DNA from: Lama guanicoe
Lineage: Eukaryota
Assembly (NCBI GenBank): GCA_013239625.1
Contig: MU054122.1
Location: 274,773-338,772 of the forward strand
Direction of reading: 5' to 3'
DNA: 64,000 bases
Below the pieces are notes generated by a model. That model worked only from the letters and a program-made list of their open reading frames with translations. It did no database searches and was not told the DNA's origin. How positions within the stretch are numbered: the stretch's first letter is position 1; every line of letters starts with the position of its first letter. A program made the translations under genes and the position numbers. Below, one piece after another: positions 58,679-64,000 of this stretch.

Positions 58679-60215
58679 GACTACTACTCATCCATTAAAA
58701 AGAATGAAATAATGCCATTTGCAGCAACATGGGTGGACCTAGAGATCATCATACTAAGTCAAATAAGTCAGATAGAGAGAGATGAATATCATGATATCAC
58801 TTATATGTGGAATCTAAAAAAAAAACCACAAATGAACTTATTTACAAAACAGAAGGAGACTCACAGACACAAAAAACTTAACTTATGGTTCCCAAAGGGA
58901 AATAGTAGGGAGGGATAAATTAGGAGTTTGAGATTAACAGATACAAACTACTATATTCAGAATAGATAAACAATAAGGACCACCAACTGTATAGCTCAGA
59001 GAACTATATTTAATAGCTTGTAATAAGTTAAATGAAAAAGAAGATGAAAAATATATAGATACATATAACTGAATCACTATGCTGTACACCAGAAGCTAAC
59101 ACAACATTGTAAATCAACTATACTTCAATACAAAAAAAAAAAAAAAAGGAAAAAAAAAGGGACTTTTTCCAAAGGCCTGAACTGGATGTAGGAAAAGGCA
59201 AGTACAATATCAGGGGACTATTAAGAGCTACTCCTGTGCTGGCAAGAGTCCAACGGAAGGAAAGGAGAGAAAAAGGAGAGAGAGAGAGACACTTAACAAA
59301 AGTCATGGCCTTCATTCAGGATGTAACTAATACCTTCCTTCTGTCAAGGATGTCATTCACCTGCACACCACCACAAGAAGAAAGCTTCTTTCCCTTGCTC
59401 CTTCTTTCTGATCAGTTTCTAGTACCCACCTCTCTGGGTCAAATCCAAAGAAAACCAGATGACAAAGGAGCCAGCCAGGGGCCTATATGACATCCCTGTC
59501 AGTGGGCCTCTCAGGGCAAAGACAGACTCAGCTGTGGATGGGGGTGGGGGGGGAGTGCATCAGGCGCAGCCAATCAAAGGAACTCAGCACAGTGGATTTC
59601 TCTCGGAAGCTTAGGGCCCATCAGTTGGAATTTAAGGAAAAGAGAACAAAAAAATTAATAGCGCTATCCTTTGAAATAAACTGAGCGTTGGACATACAGC
59701 GTTGGATTGTCAAACCAGATTCTCTCAAATCAGAGCTCTAACCAGGTATCAGGCTTTCGTAATAACTGCAAGGATCCAGGCAGTCAAGAGGCTCAGACAA
59801 AGCAGAGAGGCACCTGGGACACCAAGGGTGGCCGTCTGGGTCCTGTCTTCCTGCACTGGATGTGCACCTCTCTGGCTCAGAATAGCAGATGAGGTCTTTA
59901 AGTGAGATCCATGGTGTTCCTTACACAGCAGGAACATTTAAAGTCTGAAACATCTCCCTGAATATCCAGACAGTTAGACAGCCACCCTGTGTGCCACTCT
60001 CCAGGGACACCTGGATCATGGATCTTGGGTTCCATTTAATGTATACAATACCTCAGGCAGGGAGCAGCCTGCTAGAACTTTCAATACATAAGTTTCTTCC
60101 TCCCAACAAATATCATTAGTCTATTACCCAGCGGTCCAGATGAAAGGCGTTCAGACCAGGTTGTCTACCCTGGTTTCCTTTCCTCCAGGTCAACCGCCAA
60201 GGAAGAAAGTAAATG

Positions 60216-60312
60216 GGGGGAGAGTATAACTCAAGTGGCAGAGTGCATGTTTAGCATGCACTAGGTCCTGGGTTCCATCACCAGTACCTCCATTTAAAAT
60301 AAATAAAAATTT
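60216..60312 (+). mobile_element. tRNA-Ala-derived SINE, short form
   Basis: gggagagtataactcaagtggcagagtgcatgtttagcatgcactaggtcctgggttccatcaccagtacctcca plus an A-rich tail. Confidence 0.85.
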
Positions 60313-60476
60313 AAATGTCACAATAGTCCTATGAATTACACATTAATCTCCTATTTTACAGAGGAGGAAACAAACCCAGGGAGGTTAAATACCTTATCAA
60401 GGTTGTTGTTGGGGCCAGCATTTACTGATATGGTTACCAAGTTCAATCTCTCAACTGGGTATGAAGACACCATTGA

Positions 60477-60607
60477 GGGGAGGGTATAGCTCAGTGGTAG
60501 AGCACATGCTTAGCATGCAGGGGGTCCTGGGTTCAGTCCCCAGTACCTCCATTAAGAAAGAAATAAATAGACTTAATGGTCTCTACACACCCCCACCAAA
60601 AAAAAAA
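60477..60607 (+). mobile_element. tRNA-Ala-derived SINE
   Basis: ggggagggtatagctcagtggtagagcacatgcttagcatgcagggggtcctgggttcagtccccagtacctcca plus tail and poly-A. Confidence 0.9.
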
Positions 60608-61520
60608 GCTTAGTAAAATGTAATTCTCCTTAGCCAAAATGTTTAGAAATAAAAAAGAAATGGATTCTAGGGCAGCTTTATCTGCTTCCTCCCACAAACA
60701 CTTTGTAACATTAAAAGAAGACGAGATGTGTCAGTTCACGTGAGTGGGAGAGACATAAAGGGAGAGAGGGGAGAACAATGAGAAGGGGAGAGGGAGAGAT
60801 TGATTATTAGGAAGAAAAGGAGAAAAATACGGAGCAGAAAGCTCTCTGGGTCTCCACTGCACGAGGCTGCCGTGAGGAAATCTGCTACACCTCGTACCCT
60901 GAACAACTGTCCCAACTTTGCCAGGCAAGCGCTCAGCCAAACGCCATCCGAAACGCGAGCTCCTGGGAAGGAGACTGACAGGTGTGACCACAGGCCCAGG
61001 GCACACACACACGCACTTCCTCCTCCCCGTCACACTGATTGTGACTCTTCTCTGTAGGAAGCTAGGAGTTTTTAGATCTCCTTTCCCCTAGTTTGGAGAA
61101 GACAGTGCTGGAAGCTCTCCACCTGTACGCAGGTGTGGGGAAACGGCGTGAACTGCAGCTGGGACCAGGGGTCAGCCTGTTTACCTTCTGGGATTGTAAG
61201 CAACTCCATTCCCGCCTAGAAAAGGTTTCTCAAAAAGAGTGAGGGCCTAGAAAAGTTTAGCCGGCAAGACGACCAAATTTCCAGTGACTGTGTGGATCCA
61301 GAGACAGACAGCTAGAGTCCCCACTGCCAGGGGCCGACCCTGGTCTGCACTCTTCGGCCCCTGGTCCATCCGTCCTGACCCACCGGGGCTTCTCCAAACC
61401 CAAGGTCATGCCTGCGCATAAACAATCTTATTTTCCAAATGATTTCAAAGAGCTGTGAAACAGTTTTGAGTACAAAACACTTATTTGAAAATTATATTAA
61501 ATGCAAAGAGTAGAACTTAC

Positions 61521-61610
61521 TTTTTCGTTTTGTTAGATAAGGTCTCCAAGCCGGCTTGCAGATTTTTGCATCTCTCTGATGGCTGGAGTGACTTCTCATT
61601 CAGGTATGTG
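61521..61610 (-). CDS. ST8SIA6: ST8SIA6 internal exon, 90 bp (exon 3 equivalent, stem region)
   Basis: gaaacag|C ACA TAC CTG...AAA AA|gtaagt; encodes TYLNEKSLQPSERCKNLQAGLETLSNKTK(K), similar to recalled human TYLNEKSLQLTEKCKNLQYGIESFSNKTKG; phase fits the next exon. Confidence 0.93.
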
Positions 61611-61664
61611 CTGTTTCATGAAAGAGATTAAAAATTGATTGCTTTATTTATTCAGTTATTAAGT

Positions 61665-61987
61665 AGACTTTATTCTTCTAGAGCAGTTTCAGGTTTACAG
61701 CAGAATTGAGCAGAAAATACAGAATTCGCACACAGCCCTCCCTACTCACACATATATACTCCTCCACCCTCAACATCCTCATCAGTGTGGCATATTTGGT
61801 GCAATTAATGATCCAACATGGGCACATTATTATCAACCAAAGTCTGTAGTTTACATTAGGGTTCACTCTTGATGTATCACATTTTTTCTATGGGTTTTGA
61901 CAAATGCATAATGGCATGTAGCCACCACTATAGTATCATGCCAAATAATTTCATTACCCTAAAAATCCCTAGTTCTCCATCTATTCA
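61665..61987 (-). mobile_element. L1MC-type 3' end fragment
   Basis: tagagcagtttcaggtttacagcagaattgagcagaaaatacaga...tagtttacattagggttcactcttg. Confidence 0.75.
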
Positions 61988-64000
61988 AAGTGATTGCTTT
62001 AAAAGGAGAGCTTGTAAGATACGTTTAACAAAAATCAGATTTAATTGATAAAGTGTGCCCAAATGAAGTCTGATTTTCATTCCATTATTGGATGTGTCCA
62101 TGAAAAAGGAAATTGATATTTTTACCTCCAAAGATGGGTCTAAATTAAAAAGCAAAAAAACAAAGAAACTTCACATGATAAAGTCAAATGGAAAAGAACT
62201 CTCCATTTGGAAGACTTTATCTTTTCAGGTTTTCATATTTTCAGGTTCACATGTGCAATGAATTATTGGACATTTTTAATCATTGTGTATATAAACAGAC
62301 CTTATTTTTTAAAAGATGTCGTCTCTGGTAGGAAGCATGCAGACACAGGAGATCAATAATTCTCTCCAAAAACAAAGGCAAGATAAATCTGGCCCTTGAT
62401 GATTACAACAGCTGTGATATCAGGGCCTGTTGCTGTTGTTTTATGAAATTGGAAAAACTAGAGTTGGAACAAAACCAAATCAAAAAGCAAGCTAAGGAAA
62501 TGGGTTATGGAGTCGAGCTGCCTAACGAGCCTTGGAGACACACGCGTGCTATTTAACCGATCCAGGTCTCAGTTTCTGCATCTCTAGTCCCTACCTCACA
62601 GTGTCATGGTCAGGATATGTACATGATAGAGCAAACAATAAAAGGCACTTGGTACTATGCCTGCCACAGTAAATGCTCAAAAAAAAAAAATGCAGCTATC
62701 ACTTTCCTTACACTTCAAAAATAGGCACACAACTCCGACTTCCTATTAACGCATTGATTTAATCACTCTGAAGGTATTTGCTGAGGAGCTAATACGCATT
62801 GGGAGCCAGGCAAAGGAGGTCCCTCTCCTTGGGGGAGCTTGCAGTCTGGTTAGGGAGAAAGATAGGTATCAAACAAAGGACCACACGAATGAAGGCAGAA
62901 TTATGATCTGTGCTCGGGATCGTTAAAACAGCAGTGGATGCCACACAGGAGTGTAATGGGGAGCCACCTGCATATGGAGGGCGCTTCCGGACAGTGTCAT
63001 TTTGGTGGAGATCCCCTGGGTAATCCAAGAGAGCTAATTTGGGAGGTGGGGGTACTTTCCAGATAGGGGGGGAAACAGGTGCAAAGGCCCCAGAGTGTTT
63101 GGAAACTGAAAGAAGGCAGGCAGGGCTCAAGGCTGAAGGGCTAAAGGGTGTGTGGAGGAGTAAGTAGGGGCCAGAGCTCACAGACCTGGTAATCCATGTT
63201 TACAATTCATCCTAATAACAATGCGGTGGGCAGCCATAGTAGGTTTGGGGGCAAGGGAGTGATGTATGTGTGTGACCTCGTATATTTCAAGAAGGTGACT
63301 GTGCAGAGACATGAAATGAGAGAAGGCCAGACTACAGAGTTTTTGTTTTGTTTTGTTTTTGGGTTTTATTTCAGCCTTTAAAAACAGTTTGCTTTTCACA
63401 GTTTGAAACATAACTTAGAGTTGAACATTTGCAGTGGCTAAACTTCTATGCTTTAGTATTTTTTTTTTTTTGAAAAATAGACAAACACGCCAGGCTCGAG
63501 AATCAAGAACTTTCAAGAATATTCAAATAAGGAGGGGACTTTAAAAGTGCAAAGTAAAGAAATGGAAAGCTCAGGGAATAACCTTTCAGGAAGATTTCGG
63601 GGGGCAATTTACATCTGGGTTTGTGAGGTTTTTTTTTTTTTAAATCCCTGAGAATCAGAAGAAAAAAACAAAAAAGGATGGACAGATGGGAGGCTTCTGC
63701 TGGGTTCTGGGAGAGAGATGATTGCTCTACCAGCCAGGATAGAATAGACTATGATGTGGTAACAGACATCACTCACTGGCAGTTGCTTTACATCACAAAG
63801 GTTTGTTTCATGAAATGCCCACTAGACATCTGAGTGTCTTTCTAGGGCGGCTATGCTCCACATGACTTAGAAACACCACGTGCTGCAGTCTTGGGGCCAC
63901 TTGGTTTCAGCAACCTGCTTCCATAATTGCTGTGTCAGGAGAAGAAAGGGCTGGCAGGTCTTAGTCTGTTGTCTGAAGGCTTCAGCCTGACCAGAACTAG

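Larger units (their letters stand above)
57897..59150 (+). mobile_element. 5'-truncated L1 (ORF2 C-terminus, 3'UTR, poly-A) carrying a nested SINE
   Basis: ORF 58417-58698 has [12 protein letters not shown]...CTPMFIAALFITAKTWKQPKCP; poly-A at 59132-59147. Confidence 0.9.

Noticed and set aside
60477..60552. tRNA-Ala(AGC)-like sequences (also 14390-14462, 57984-58056, 60216-60292)
   Set aside because: Stem mismatches, A-rich tails, a TSD in one case and dispersed copies identify them as SINEs, not tRNA genes.

Overview
Mammalian (not prokaryotic) genomic DNA, probably camelid judging from tRNA-Ala-derived SINEs that resemble the vic-1/ALPINE family (inference). The minus strand carries six coding exons of the alpha-2,8-sialyltransferase ST8SIA6, equivalent to human exons 3-8: 61521-61610, 38712-38798, 12402-12546, 8874-8986, 6168-6260 and 4545-5013. 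All have canonical GT/AG sites and splice into one open frame; exons 1-2 lie beyond the right edge. The introns hold two full-length processed pseudogenes: SLAIN2 (16851-19296, same strand as the host, with TSD and poly-A) and PDLIM2 (about 51399-52882, antisense, inserted inside an MLT1 LTR). The rest is L1, L2, MIR, CR1/L3, MaLR/ERV solo LTRs, DNA-transposon fossils and microsatellites. I found no evidence of a new multi-gene system. The two most unusual signals are a strongly AT-to-GC-biased, CpG-retaining 5' end of the SLAIN2 retrocopy and a SINE-in-L1 composite present twice about 1.5 kb apart. Gene and repeat names come from recalled sequences, not searches, and repeat boundaries are approximate.
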